Source: Acidimicrobiales bacterium (GTDB lineage Bacteria; Actinomycetota; Acidimicrobiia; Acidimicrobiales; SZUA-35). Taken from it: 64,000 bases of DNA. The position numbers were made by a program, and so were the translations under genes. The notes beneath the pieces are model-generated. The model was not told the origin of the DNA, did not search any database, and saw only the letters and a list, made by a program, of their open reading frames with translations. Positions 29,001 through 38,162 of the stretch are shown here, in pieces. The stretch covers positions 1,248,315 through 1,312,314 of the forward strand of contig CBDHES010000002.1 in NCBI GenBank assembly GCA_965262175.1, read 5' to 3'. Each line of letters opens with the position of its first letter. The first letter of the stretch is position 1.

Positions 29001-31020
29001 TGGCTGCCACCAGCTCCATGGCGTCGGCGACGCCGTCGAGCTCGGCTCGTACGTCGCCCGCCGCCACCGACGAGTCGATCGCCGGCACCCGGGCCTCGAT
29101 GGCCGCCAGGTCGTCGTGGTAGTGGACGAAGGCTCCGTCGCTGGCCAGGTGCTCGGCCGCCTTGCGGGCCAGGTCATCGTTGGCATCGGTGGCCCGGGCC
29201 ACCAGCGCCGCCACCGCTTCCCCGTCGACCTCCCGCATCTCGGTGATGGTCTGCAGGTGGCCGAGCCGGTCCCGGATGGCGTCGAGGGCGGCGATGAAGT
29301 CCTCGGTCCGGGCCGGCCGGGACCGGCGGAGCTCGTCGAGGAACCGATCGAGGTCATCGGTGGCCTCGGCCACCGCGGCGGCCGCCGCCGCTCGGACCTC
29401 CTGGAGCCGCTCGAACTCGTCGATGACCGCCTCGGCGGCCATGCGGATGTCGTGGACCGGCGCCGCCAGGTCCCCGAAGGCGGTGTCGCCGATCCAGTGG
29501 TGGGTGTCGAGGACCCGGCCGGCCGAGCCGAGCAGGTCGCCGTAGACCTCGACCGAGGGCTCGAGGTCGGCCACCAGCCTGGTGAGCGACAGGGCGTCGG
29601 CGATGCCGGCCACCAGGCCCGGGTTCCCGACCCGGTCGAGGGGTCCACCCCGGCGGTGGTTGTCGGCGTACCAGTCGTCGGAGCAGAACGGTGTCGACCA
29701 GATCTGGACCGGGTGGACCCGGGTCGGTTCGGGTTCCTCCCGGAACGCGGCCATCGTCCCGTCGTCGAACAGGCAGTAGCCGTGGCACCAGATCGGGGTC
29801 GTCACGTCCTGGCGGACCAGGTTGTAGGGCAGGAGGATCGAGCGACCGTCCGACTGCTGGTGGAACACGTAGAGGACGTCCTCCCCGTTCGGGGACCGGA
29901 CGACCTCCAGCAGCTGCATGTCGGTCGGATCGAGGTCGAAGGTCCGGACCTCGCCGGTCCGGAGGTAGATCCCCTCGGGGAAGATCAGACCCTGGCCCTC
30001 GGGGAGCCGACGGAAGGCCTGACCCAGGGCGTCGAGGCGGAGCGCGGTTCGGGTCAGGAGGTTGACCACGAAGTGGCGCCGGGTCTGTTCCCGGTAGGGC
30101 AGCACCCGGATCAGGACCAGGTCGGCGCCGGCCAGGGCGTAGGAGATCTCACAGTCCTGGAGGCTCTGGTCGGCATCGAGCAGCCGTTCCGAGATCAGCA
30201 GCTCGCCGTCGTCGGTGGCGTCGGGGAGACGGAGGTCGAGGGTCCCCCCGAGGGGGTCGACGAAGACCCGACCGTCGATCGCCACGTAGCGGTTGGCGAC
30301 GTGATCGACCCGGGTCGTGGCGGCCCACTCGACGTCCTGGTGCGGGGGAAATCGGTGGTCCCGGTCGCCCCGATCGTCGGCGTAGGCCAGCTCGCCGCCC
30401 GGCCCCACCGTCCACCGCAGGACCCGGATGTCGGTGACCCCGGTCCCGGTCCGGAACACCGCCAGGAGCTTGTCGCCCCGGCGGTAGACCTGCTGGACCC
30501 GAGCGTCCTTGAAGTAGGTGTGGAGCTCGACGAAGTCCCGCCGGAACCGATCGTCATCGAGAGCCGAACCCGCCAGGCCTTCGGGGTTTGGGCTGAGGAC
30601 GATGGTGTCGGTGTCGTCGATCAGGTGGTGGACGCTGAAGACGTCCTCGGGTCGGAGCTCGCCCCGGACCCCGGCCTGGGCGTTGTAGGCCAGCACCATC
30701 TGGTCGCCGACCGCCTCGATGTCGCGGGGGACGACGTTGTTGTCGGTCCGGACCCGCTCCGTGGCCACCAGCTCGAGGTTGGCCGCCCCGTAGGTCTCGA
30801 TCCGCCGCTGGTTGAGGGCCTCGGCCCGACCGGCCAGCTCGGAGGCCGCCGCCTCGAGGCGACCCCGGAGCAGGCGGTAGGTGCTGGCCCCGACGGCGGC
30901 GGGCCCGCCGCCGTCACCGTTGGGGGACGGGTTGGACTCGCCGCCGTCGGCGGCCTCAGCGAGCCCGGCGGCCTCGCCGAGCCCGGCGGCCTCGGCGGCC
31001 GACGCTGCGGTGTCGGCCAT
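26065..31020 (-). CDS. Giant 1651-aa cytoplasmic protein with a C-terminal MoxR/AAA_5-type AAA+ ATPase domain and long predicted alpha-helical/coiled-coil regions; function unknown
   Basis: Walker A LLMLLSPPGYGKTTLV, Walker B VMLYLDDIQ, sensor-1/NP motif FAVVMAGNPYT, and an RFRVPDMLANR arginine region, all in the last ~350 aa. No TM segments. Its start overlaps the flotillin stop (TGATG) and its stop overlaps the yihY start (GTGA). Confidence 0.7.
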   Translation of the reverse strand: MADTAASAAEAAGLGEAAGLAEAADGGESNPSPNGDGGGPAAVGASTYRLLRGRLEAAASELAGRAEALNQRRIETYGAANLELVATERVRTDNNVVPRDIEAVGDQMVLAYNAQAGVRGELRPEDVFSVHHLIDDTDTIVLSPNPEGLAGSALDDDRFRRDFVELHTYFKDARVQQVYRRGDKLLAVFRTGTGVTDIRVLRWTVGPGGELAYADDRGDRDHRFPPHQDVEWAATTRVDHVANRYVAIDGRVFVDPLGGTLDLRLPDATDDGELLISERLLDADQSLQDCEISYALAGADLVLIRVLPYREQTRRHFVVNLLTRTALRLDALGQAFRRLPEGQGLIFPEGIYLRTGEVRTFDLDPTDMQLLEVVRSPNGEDVLYVFHQQSDGRSILLPYNLVRQDVTTPIWCHGYCLFDDGTMAAFREEPEPTRVHPVQIWSTPFCSDDWYADNHRRGGPLDRVGNPGLVAGIADALSLTRLVADLEPSVEVYGDLLGSAGRVLDTHHWIGDTAFGDLAAPVHDIRMAAEAVIDEFERLQEVRAAAAAAVAEATDDLDRFLDELRRSRPARTEDFIAALDAIRDRLGHLQTITEMREVDGEAVAALVARATDANDDLARKAAEHLASDGAFVHYHDDLAAIEARVPAIDSSVAAGDVRAELDGVADAMELVAATVGDLVVADPRDRTAVLEQVSGVLAELNRVRAALEGRTATLIEAETGAAFATELGLYGQTLAAVVARVDTPEACDDALARLLLQLEQLESSGPRTDAQLDELAARRDQLLETIGGKRQQLIDERQRTADRLVTAGARTLDRVADRGADLPGVDEVNGFFAADPMVGRVRSLVDQLRDLGEPVRADELQSRLGAVRDGALRAVRDRIDLYDGDAIRLGRHRFSVESRPRELTVVNDGDRLEAVLSGTDLRVAVDDPDLVGHRELWDRPLPSETPALYRAAFLAGDLLLDLLRRPAPEGRDVLEAVAGGDGRGADPSETALRLVRDAVDHRLDEGYDRGVHDLDAARLLTALAGPALAAGPLVTTAAARSRAIWAWARHLDDAARTRWAARGRAAAELDVGPEAIAELADDLRRDVDLAPTDARYLMAELVVPAPAGATGGGGPVFARPGLASARAVEVAGQAAVAAALTHLDADPDGTRALIAGYVARDCPPELVDDVVTELVTPELARRSIDVDLAVAVDGLAGQHPTISDGRLAVRVDELLAAVDDHRHESIPAHRAFTATRRAVLARLATTYRLDDLQPRVPEGFVRNQLIDRIYLPLIGDNLARQIGTVDDASGARSGLLMLLSPPGYGKTTLVDYVADRLGMALVKVSGPGLGHEVTSLDPARAPSATAAREIERINLAFALGSNVMLYLDDIQHTSPELLQRFISLCDAQRRIEGVIDGEATTFDLRGKRFAVVMAGNPYTESGERFRVPDMLANRADTYNLGDVVSGNDELFARSYLENALGANPILAPLVGRDRADLDELLRAGLADVDESRLTHAYSSAELGEVVAVIAHLRRVQAVVLAVNRQYIASAATDDRYRTEPPFLLQGSYRNMVRMASKLLPAMTEAEVEAIIDEHYLAESQSLTGAAEANLLKLDELRGRLDGAGRERWDDIVATFRRQQRLGGDDRDPTTRVVAAIEEVAVALRHGPSSTG

Positions 31021-32981
31021 CAGTCCTCGGCGGAGTGGCCGATCCGCCGAAGCAGGTCGGCCACGGTCAGATCACGGATGCCGTCCGACCCCAGGCCGGC
31101 GATCGCCTCGGCCAGGGTCGCCACGAGGTCCTTGTCGCCGTTCTGATAGGGGCCGAGGACGCCGGTCGCCACGTTCGACGACTCGACCAGCCCGTCGAGC
31201 CGCTTGCCGTTGCCGATGGCTCCGATCAGGGAGTCGACGAACATGTCGGAACCGCCGACGATGTCGATGTCGGCCGCTTCCAGACCGGCCTTGAGGGCCT
31301 CGGCCTGGGCGGTTGCGACCCCGATCGAAGCATCGACCTCGGCCAGGCGGACCTGGGTGTCGGCGTCCAGCTGGCGGATGAACTCCTCGTGCTCCCGCCC
31401 GACGCCCTCCAGCTCCTTCATCGCCTGGGCCTTCTCGGCCAAACCGCTCGCCTCGCCCCGCAGCTTGGCCTCGATGACGGCCGCCTCGGCGAGACCGGCC
31501 TCCCGCAGCTTCAGCGCCTCGGCCTCGCCGACCTGGCGGATGGCGGTGGCTCGGGCTTCCTCGACCTTGACGTCGGCCAGGCCCAGCTTCTCGTTGGCCA
31601 CCGCGGCGGCCTCCTGCACCTCGACCTCGGCCAGCCCGGGGGCCGCCGTCTCGGCCTGGATACCCTCGGCCCGCTTGATCTGGGCCTGGGCGGCGTAGTC
31701 GGAGGCCTCCAACTCGGCCTTGGCGAGGACGATCTGCTCGTTGGCCATGTGGGCGGCGGCCGATTCGGCGGCTTCGGCCGCCTTGATGTCCTTCACCAGG
31801 GCCGCCTGGGCGTCGGCCTCGGCGCTGATGATGACCGAGTCCCGCGAGCGGTTGGCGTCCTCGACCACCCGGAGGGTCTTGATCTCCTCCTCCTGGACGG
31901 CCACGGTCTTCTCGACCGCCACCCGGTCCCGGCGGATGTCGGCGATGGCCGACTTCTCCTCTTCAAGACTCTTCTCGGCCGACAGGGTTTCGACCCGGCG
32001 GCTCATCTCCTCGAGCTCCCGGGCCTTCTCGACCCGCTCGTGCTCGATGGCGATGACCCGCTCCCGGTTCTTGCCGGCGACGTCGATCTCCCGCTGGAGG
32101 TTCTCCCGCTCGATGCCGAGCTTCTGCTCGACCTCCAGCTTCGCCATCTCGGTCTTGAGCCGCTCCTCGGCCTCGACCTGGGCGGTGGTCGCCTCCTCCC
32201 GGAGCCGGACCGAGGTGACCTCACGGGCGTGGCGGGACTCGGCGTCGGCCTGCTGGCGCTCCAGCTCCAACACGGCCTCGCGGGTCTCGACGTTCTTGGC
32301 CGTGATCTGCTTCTGCTCGTCGTTCGACGCCACGTTGGTCGCCACGTGTTCGATGGCCGTCAACTCGGTGATCTTCCGGATGCCCTGGGCATCGAGGATG
32401 TTGTCCTCGTCGAGCTGCGAGAGCGGGGTCTGCTCGAGGTAGTCGATGGCCACGTCCTCCAGGGCGTAGCCGTTGAGGTCGGTGCCGATGACCGAGATGA
32501 TCCGGTCCCGGAACATGGCCCGCTCGGTGTACAGCGAGACGAACTCCATCTGCTTGCCGACCGTCTTGAGGGCCTCGGAGAACTTGGCGGCGAACAGCTC
32601 CTCCAGGGTCACCGGGTCCGACGCCCGCTCGGTGCCGATGGCCTGGGCGACCTTGATGACATCTTCCTCGGCCTTGTTGACCCGGACGAAGAAGTTGACC
32701 TTGATGTCGGCCCGGATGTTGTCCTGGCAGATCAGACCCTCCCGGCCCCGCCGGTCGATCTCGATCGTCTTGACCGAGATGTCCATGATCTCGGCCTTGT
32801 GGAGGATCGGGACGACGACCCGGCCGGTGAACGACACCAGGACCCTGCGGGTGGTGCTGATCACCATCGCCTTGCCCTGGGGGACCTTGCGGTACAGCCG
32901 GGACACGGCGAGCCCGACCGCGAGCACGACCGCCAGCAGCACCAGCACCGCGACGACCACCGTGATGATGATTGGATTCAT
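31020..32981 (-). CDS. Flotillin family (SPFH/band 7) protein, YqiK/FloT-like
   Basis: N-terminal TM helix, an SPFH domain, then a long Glu/Ala-rich coiled-coil typical of flotillins (EAEERLKTEMAKLEVEQKLGIERENLQREI). Real start ATG 32981 within table ORF 31020..33380. Confidence 0.85.
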   Translation of the reverse strand: MNPIIITVVVAVLVLLAVVLAVGLAVSRLYRKVPQGKAMVISTTRRVLVSFTGRVVVPILHKAEIMDISVKTIEIDRRGREGLICQDNIRADIKVNFFVRVNKAEEDVIKVAQAIGTERASDPVTLEELFAAKFSEALKTVGKQMEFVSLYTERAMFRDRIISVIGTDLNGYALEDVAIDYLEQTPLSQLDEDNILDAQGIRKITELTAIEHVATNVASNDEQKQITAKNVETREAVLELERQQADAESRHAREVTSVRLREEATTAQVEAEERLKTEMAKLEVEQKLGIERENLQREIDVAGKNRERVIAIEHERVEKARELEEMSRRVETLSAEKSLEEEKSAIADIRRDRVAVEKTVAVQEEEIKTLRVVEDANRSRDSVIISAEADAQAALVKDIKAAEAAESAAAHMANEQIVLAKAELEASDYAAQAQIKRAEGIQAETAAPGLAEVEVQEAAAVANEKLGLADVKVEEARATAIRQVGEAEALKLREAGLAEAAVIEAKLRGEASGLAEKAQAMKELEGVGREHEEFIRQLDADTQVRLAEVDASIGVATAQAEALKAGLEAADIDIVGGSDMFVDSLIGAIGNGKRLDGLVESSNVATGVLGPYQNGDKDLVATLAEAIAGLGSDGIRDLTVADLLRRIGHSAED

Positions 32982-32998
32982 GGTTCCCCTCTCTTGCG

Positions 32999-33616
32999 CT
33001 ATCGCAGGACGTCGACGTCGGGTGACACCAGGAACACCCCGTCGTCGACGTCGACGACGAGGGCCCGATCGCCCGAGGCGAGTTGGTTGCTGTCGAGGCA
33101 GCGGATCTGGACGAGGTGCGAGCCACCATCGGCGTCGGTGACCTCCCCCTGACCGAAGCCGGCATCGACCCGGCCGGTTCGCACGGTGCAGATACGACCG
33201 ACGAGGTCGCGATGCCCGGGGGGCGAGGGGGGCGAGAAGATCGGGCCGAGCACCTGGCCGACGCGGCCGGCGATGATCACGCCGACGATCAGGGCCACGA
33301 CGAGCGTGACGACGCCGACGGCAAGGCCGACGGCCCCGTCGACGCCGATGGCCAGCGACGCGATCGTGGTGATGACCCACCCGACGAGCGAGATGACGGT
33401 GACCACCAGGCTGAGCGGCATCAGGTGCAGATCGAGGCCGGTCAACAGCGCCCCGAAGCCCCCGACGCCGTCGCCGTCGAGCTCCACGCCACCGTCGGCG
33501 TCGCCGCCCTCCATGCCCAGAGCCGAGGTGACCGCCCAGTAACAGAGCGACACGGCGAGGGCGACGGTGAACACGACCGCGGGAAAGCTGGTGATCGCTG
33601 CCAGGAACTCGGTCAC
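32999..33616 (-). CDS. NfeD-like (YqiJ/YuaF-type) membrane protein with a C-terminal OB-fold, flotillin partner
   Basis: Three to four TM helices, then GRICTVRTGRVDAGFGQGEVTDADGGSHLVQIR...GDRALVVDVDDGVFLV, an NfeD-type beta-barrel motif. Immediately upstream of the flotillin gene, as in yqiJ-yqiK and yuaF-floT. Confidence 0.65.
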   Translation of the reverse strand: MTEFLAAITSFPAVVFTVALAVSLCYWAVTSALGMEGGDADGGVELDGDGVGGFGALLTGLDLHLMPLSLVVTVISLVGWVITTIASLAIGVDGAVGLAVGVVTLVVALIVGVIIAGRVGQVLGPIFSPPSPPGHRDLVGRICTVRTGRVDAGFGQGEVTDADGGSHLVQIRCLDSNQLASGDRALVVDVDDGVFLVSPDVDVLR

Positions 33617-33775
33617 TCCACCTACCTCTTCTTTCCCTCCGCCGCCCGGTCAGGTTGCCACACCGGTCGCGGCTCGTCTCGTCATGAACGTCGCCAGATG
33701 GGCGGTTGGTTCCCGATTCGGCCGGGATCCCCGACCACCCTGGATCGTTGCCGCAGGTCCGGTAGGGTCGGATCG

Positions 33776-34462
33776 ATGGGACCCCGATCCCCGTTCACCA
33801 ACCGCCGGGCCGGCGAGGCGTTCCTCGTCGACCCCCCGGGCGGCGTCCAGGGTCCCGGCGTGCTGGTCCTCCACAGCTGGTGGGGCCTCAACCAGTGGGT
33901 GCGGGACTTCTGCCGCCGGCTGGCCGCCGAGGGCTACACGACGTTGGCCCCCGACATGTTCGATGGGGTCCAACCGATGACCGAGGCCGAAGGGGAGGCG
34001 GTGCTGGCCGGTGTCGACCCCGACGAGCTGTCGGGTCTGGTGATGTCGTCGGCCCACACGCTCCGGGCCGCGACCGCCAAACCCGATCGACCGATCGCGG
34101 TGGTCGGGTTCTCGATGGGAGCGTCGCTGGCGTTGTGGCTCTCGGCCCGGTTGACCACCGCCATTCGGGCCGCGGTGGCGTTCTACGGTGCCCAGTCGAT
34201 CGACTTCGACGCCTCGAATGCCATCTATCAGGGCCACTTCGCCTCCGATGATCACATCGTCAGCGACGACGACCGTGTGACCACCGAGGCGTTCATCCGC
34301 CTCGGTGGTCGTTCGACCGAGTTCTTCCTCTACGAGGGCACCCGTCACTGGTTCTTCGAGGATGGCAAGACCCACGACCCCGAGGCCGCCGAGCTGGCCT
34401 GGACCCGCACGATCGAGTTCCTCGACCGGCACCTCACGATCGATCTGACCGACCCGGCGTGA
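33776..34462 (+). CDS. Dienelactone hydrolase family protein
   Basis: VLVLHSWWGLN, nucleophile GFSMGAS, and a C-terminal His region. Real start ATG 33776 within the longer table ORF. Confidence 0.8.
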   Translation: MGPRSPFTNRRAGEAFLVDPPGGVQGPGVLVLHSWWGLNQWVRDFCRRLAAEGYTTLAPDMFDGVQPMTEAEGEAVLAGVDPDELSGLVMSSAHTLRAATAKPDRPIAVVGFSMGASLALWLSARLTTAIRAAVAFYGAQSIDFDASNAIYQGHFASDDHIVSDDDRVTTEAFIRLGGRSTEFFLYEGTRHWFFEDGKTHDPEAAELAWTRTIEFLDRHLTIDLTDPA

Positions 34463-36285
34463 CCCGACGGGCGGGCGGCTCCCGCCCGTCGAGCCCCATG
34501 GGGCATCATGGATGGGTGTGGGTCGGGGGTCTGCAGCCGGTTGAGGGGCGCTCCGGGTCGGCGTCGTGGGCCGTCGTGGCGCTGCTGCTCCGCCCCGTGC
34601 TCGTCTTCGGGGTCGCCACCGCGCTCGGTCACCACCTCGCCTCCCGCTCGGACGCCTACGAACCCTCCGGCGAGAGCTACCTCGACTGGATCGGTCGGTT
34701 CTGGCGGATCGACGAGATGGTCGACGGCTTCGAGCCCGTGCTGCAACTCATCGGCGGCGGGACCGTGGTGGCGACGATCGGGGGCCTCCTCTTGGGGTCG
34801 GTGGCCGGCTCCCGGCTGGGCCGGGCCTCCCAGGGCCTGTGGGTACCGCTCGTCTCGGCGATCGGGCCGCTCGCTTCGGTGCTCGCCGCCTACGTGGCGG
34901 TCGAACGGCTGAGCCTGGCGCCGGCCGGGGCGGTCTCGGTGCTCGACGACCCCGTGGAAGCCGTTCGCCGCCTCGCCGCCCCGGCGGTGGCGGTCGCGGT
35001 GCCTCTCATGCCGGCGTTGGCCACCATGTGGTCCCGGGCTGCGCCGGCCAGCGAGCACTACGGCGCCGCCGCGGCCGGTTCGCTCCTCGCCGACCGAAGC
35101 GAACCCCACCGGGGGTGGCGGTTCGGGTTCCCGGTCGCCGGCCTCATCGCCGGGGTGGTGGTGGCGGCCGTGGCCTTCGACCGGGTCGACGTCGGTCGCC
35201 CGCTGGCCGAGCGCCCGGCTCTGGCCCTCGACGTGCTGGGGCTCGTCGCCGCCGGGGCGGCGGTGGTGACCCTCGTCGTCGACATCGTCGGGCTGCGTCC
35301 GGTCCGCCCCACCCGACCCAGTCCGGCCGCTCTCCGGCTGGCCCGCTACTCGACGACGCCGTCGTCGCCGACCCTCCTGGTGTTGGCGGCGGTCGGTGCC
35401 ATCGGCCTGATCGTCGCCTCGGTCCTCCGGTGGGGTCGGGGCGGCGACGGCTCGGTCGACCGGGCGCTCGGTGCGCTCGGGCCGCTGCTCGCTTCGGCGG
35501 TCGTGGCCGGTGCGGTGGCCACCGTCGTCGCCGTCGGGCTCGTCGTCGCCCACCAGCGGCTCGGGCCGGCCGGCCAGGTGGTGCCGGGGGCGGTCATCGA
35601 CGCGCTGTGGTGGCCGCTGGTGCCGATGGTGGCGGTGACGGCCGCCGCCTACCCACCCGGAGGTCCGGGACCCAACGCGGCGATGCTGGTGGTGGTGACC
35701 GTCGGCCTGATCCCGGTCGGCTACCGAGCGGTCCGTCGGGAGCCGCTGTCGGCCGACGTCGGCGGGATGGTCCGGGTCGTCGGGGCCGGATTCCTGGTGG
35801 CCGCGGCGGCGCTCACCGCCCTGACCGCGGCGTCGTTCCTCCTGCCGACCACCACGACGCCGTCCCTCGGCCATCAGGTCATCGATGGCCTGGGTCGGCT
35901 CGGCACCAACCTGGGGGCGGCGCTGACACCGGCCGCCGTCGTGGCCGCCGCCCTGCTCGTCCTCAACGGGCTGGGAACGAGCCTGATCCGCCTCGGGTGG
36001 CAGGCGACCGCCGACCGGCAGATCGCCGATCTGGAGGAGCCGGAAGATCTCCTGCTGGGGGCCGGCCCCGGTCCCGAACGGCCCGTCGGGCTGCACGTAC
36101 CCCACGCCGGGCCGGCGACGGCCCCGGGGTTCGGCGGGCTGGCAACGGCGCCCGGGTTCGGCGGGCTGGCCGAGCCCGATGCCAGCGAGGTGGACACCGC
36201 GGTGTTCGACGAGCCGGTCGCCGTCGAGGAGTGGCCCCGCCACCCGCCGCCGATCTCGGGTCCCGATCGAGATCACCACCGGTGA
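34459..36285 (+). CDS. Hypothetical polytopic membrane protein (~14 TM helices), first gene of the ABC exporter operon
   Basis: Highly hydrophobic protein, Ala/Val/Leu/Gly-rich. Its GTG start overlaps the DLH stop (GTGA). The antisense ORF 34345..36336 is rejected as an artefact. Confidence 0.5.
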   Translation: MTRRAGGSRPSSPMGHHGWVWVGGLQPVEGRSGSASWAVVALLLRPVLVFGVATALGHHLASRSDAYEPSGESYLDWIGRFWRIDEMVDGFEPVLQLIGGGTVVATIGGLLLGSVAGSRLGRASQGLWVPLVSAIGPLASVLAAYVAVERLSLAPAGAVSVLDDPVEAVRRLAAPAVAVAVPLMPALATMWSRAAPASEHYGAAAAGSLLADRSEPHRGWRFGFPVAGLIAGVVVAAVAFDRVDVGRPLAERPALALDVLGLVAAGAAVVTLVVDIVGLRPVRPTRPSPAALRLARYSTTPSSPTLLVLAAVGAIGLIVASVLRWGRGGDGSVDRALGALGPLLASAVVAGAVATVVAVGLVVAHQRLGPAGQVVPGAVIDALWWPLVPMVAVTAAAYPPGGPGPNAAMLVVVTVGLIPVGYRAVRREPLSADVGGMVRVVGAGFLVAAAALTALTAASFLLPTTTTPSLGHQVIDGLGRLGTNLGAALTPAAVVAAALLVLNGLGTSLIRLGWQATADRQIADLEEPEDLLLGAGPGPERPVGLHVPHAGPATAPGFGGLATAPGFGGLAEPDASEVDTAVFDEPVAVEEWPRHPPPISGPDRDHHR

Positions 36286-36366
36286 CGACCCCACCCCTGG
36301 GACCGACTTCGGTGGATATCGCCGTCGCGACGCCAATCCGGGCCGCCAGCCGGTAATAGTGGGGCG

Positions 36367-37299
36367 ATGTCATCGTCGCCGGTGCTCATCCAGGCCCGAG
36401 GGGTCACCAAGAGCTACGGCCGGCACCGGGTCCTGGAAGGGGTCGACTTCGACATCGCCGAGGGCGTGACCGGGCTCCTCGGGGCCAACGGCAGCGGGAA
36501 GACGACCCTGCTGGGCATGATCCTCGGCCTCCACCCGGTCGACGACGGCTCGCTCCGGGTCTACGGCCGCGACCCGTGGTCCGACGGCGCCGAGGTGCGG
36601 GCCCTGACCGGCTACGCCCCCGAGCACCACACGTTGCCACCCGATCTCCGGGCCGACGAGTTCGTCCGCCACATCGCCGAGCTGCACGGGCTTCCGCCGG
36701 CCGAGGCGACCACCCGAGCCAGCGATGCCCTGTGGTTGGTCGACCTGGGCGAGGAGCGGTTCCGTCCGCTTGGCACGATGAGCACCGGGCAACGCCAGCG
36801 GGTGAAGCTGGCCCAGGCCATCGCCCACGACCCTCGCCTGGTCCTCCTCGACGAGCCGACCGACGGGCTCGACCCGGTCCAGCGCCACGCCATGCTCGAG
36901 TTGATCAGGAAGGTGGCGATCGGGTTCGGGATCAACGTCCTGCTGTCGTCCCATCTGCTCGACGAGGTCGAGCAGATCTGCGACAACGTCGTCATCATCG
37001 GCGAGGGCAAGGCGCTGGCGTCGGGAGCCCTGGCCGACCTCCAGGGCGGATCGGAGGGCGAGCTGACCCTGGTCGTCGACGGTACCGAAGGCCAGGTCCA
37101 GGCGGTGGTCGACCACCTCCTGGCCCGGGGGCTGGCCGTCGACGTGTCGGGCCGTCACCTGTCGATCACGATCGGCGACGACCTCGACGCCGCCCTCGAC
37201 GTGGCCCGTGACGCCTGCGTGACCGCCGAAGCCGGCATCGTCCGGCTCGGTCGGAGTCGGCTCAGCCTCGAAGATGTCTTCCTGGAGCGGCTGGGATGA
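36367..37299 (+). CDS. ABC transporter ATP-binding protein
   Basis: Walker A GANGSGKTT, signature STGQRQRV, Walker B LVLLDEPTDGLD, and an H-loop. Confidence 0.85.
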   Translation: MSSSPVLIQARGVTKSYGRHRVLEGVDFDIAEGVTGLLGANGSGKTTLLGMILGLHPVDDGSLRVYGRDPWSDGAEVRALTGYAPEHHTLPPDLRADEFVRHIAELHGLPPAEATTRASDALWLVDLGEERFRPLGTMSTGQRQRVKLAQAIAHDPRLVLLDEPTDGLDPVQRHAMLELIRKVAIGFGINVLLSSHLLDEVEQICDNVVIIGEGKALASGALADLQGGSEGELTLVVDGTEGQVQAVVDHLLARGLAVDVSGRHLSITIGDDLDAALDVARDACVTAEAGIVRLGRSRLSLEDVFLERLG

Positions 37300-38162
37300 C
37301 CGAGGCCCGGATCTTCGACCAGGGCTACCGCCGCTACGACGGCCCCCGGACCGGAACCACCGGCGCCATCCGGTCGCTGGTGAAGCACAGCGTCCGCCAC
37401 GCACTCGGCCTCGGCCGCAAGACCCAACACAAGGTGGTCCCGATCGGGATCATCGTCATGGCCTACCTCCCGGCGGCGGTGTTCATCGGTGCCGCCGCCC
37501 TGATCCCGGTCGACACCGAGGAGTTCCTTCCCTCCTACGCCGAGTACTACGGCTTCGTCGCGGCCACGATCTATCTCCTGGCGGGGTTCACCGCGCCGGA
37601 GCTGCTGTGCTCCGATCGGCGCAGCGGTCTGCTCGGTGTCTACCTGGCCTCCCCCCTCAACCGGACCCGCTACCTCCAGGGCAAGGCGATCGGCGTGTTC
37701 CTGATCCTGCTTCTGGTGACGCTGGGTCCCCCGCTGCTGATGCTGATCGCCTTCAGCCTCCAGAACATGGGGCCGGACGGGTTCGTCGAGTGGATCAGGG
37801 TGTTCGGCCGGATCGTCGCCTCCTCGGCGGTGATCGGCGTGTTGTACACCGCGATCGGGCTGGGGATCAGCGCCACCACCGACCGCATCCCGGTGGCGAC
37901 GGCGACGATCATGGCCCTCATCCCCGGGTCGGCCGTCGTCACCGACCTCCTGGTCGACGAGGCCGGGGTCGACCCGGCCGTCCGCCTGTTGAACCTGCTG
38001 TTCCTCCCCCGGGCCATCGTGTTCCGCATCCACGACGAGCTGGGCGGGTGGCCGACGAGGGAGAACCCGACCTGGACCCTGTGGGCGGCGCTGGCCGCCT
38101 GGACGTTGGTCTCCCTCACCTGGGTCTGGTTCCGGTACCGGACCCTGCTGGTGCGGCGATGA
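37296..38162 (+). CDS. ABC-2 type transporter permease
   Basis: Six TM helices. ATGA overlap with the upstream ATPase gene. Confidence 0.65.
   Translation: MTEARIFDQGYRRYDGPRTGTTGAIRSLVKHSVRHALGLGRKTQHKVVPIGIIVMAYLPAAVFIGAAALIPVDTEEFLPSYAEYYGFVAATIYLLAGFTAPELLCSDRRSGLLGVYLASPLNRTRYLQGKAIGVFLILLLVTLGPPLLMLIAFSLQNMGPDGFVEWIRVFGRIVASSAVIGVLYTAIGLGISATTDRIPVATATIMALIPGSAVVTDLLVDEAGVDPAVRLLNLLFLPRAIVFRIHDELGGWPTRENPTWTLWAALAAWTLVSLTWVWFRYRTLLVRR

Noticed and set aside
27262-31146. 1294-aa plus-strand ORF antisense to the giant AAA+ gene, and other long ORFs on both strands in 26086..30557
   Set aside because: The minus-strand 1651-aa frame carries coherent AAA+ motifs and protein-like composition. 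The plus-strand frame is Gly/Pro/Arg/Asp-rich (GGG, RRR runs) with no motifs. It is an artefact of high GC.
31035-33165. 705-aa plus-strand ORF and 314-aa minus alternate-frame ORF overlapping the flotillin gene
   Set aside because: The flotillin frame has a clear SPFH domain and EA-rich coiled coil. The others are low-complexity Leu/Gly/Asp-rich or Arg/Pro/Gly-rich antisense and alternate frames.
34345-36356. 663-aa minus-strand ORF and 596-aa plus alternate-frame ORF over the 14-TM membrane protein gene
   Set aside because: These are Arg/Gly/Pro/Asp-dominated translations without hydrophobic or catalytic signatures. The chosen + frame is coherently hydrophobic and is coupled to both neighbours.
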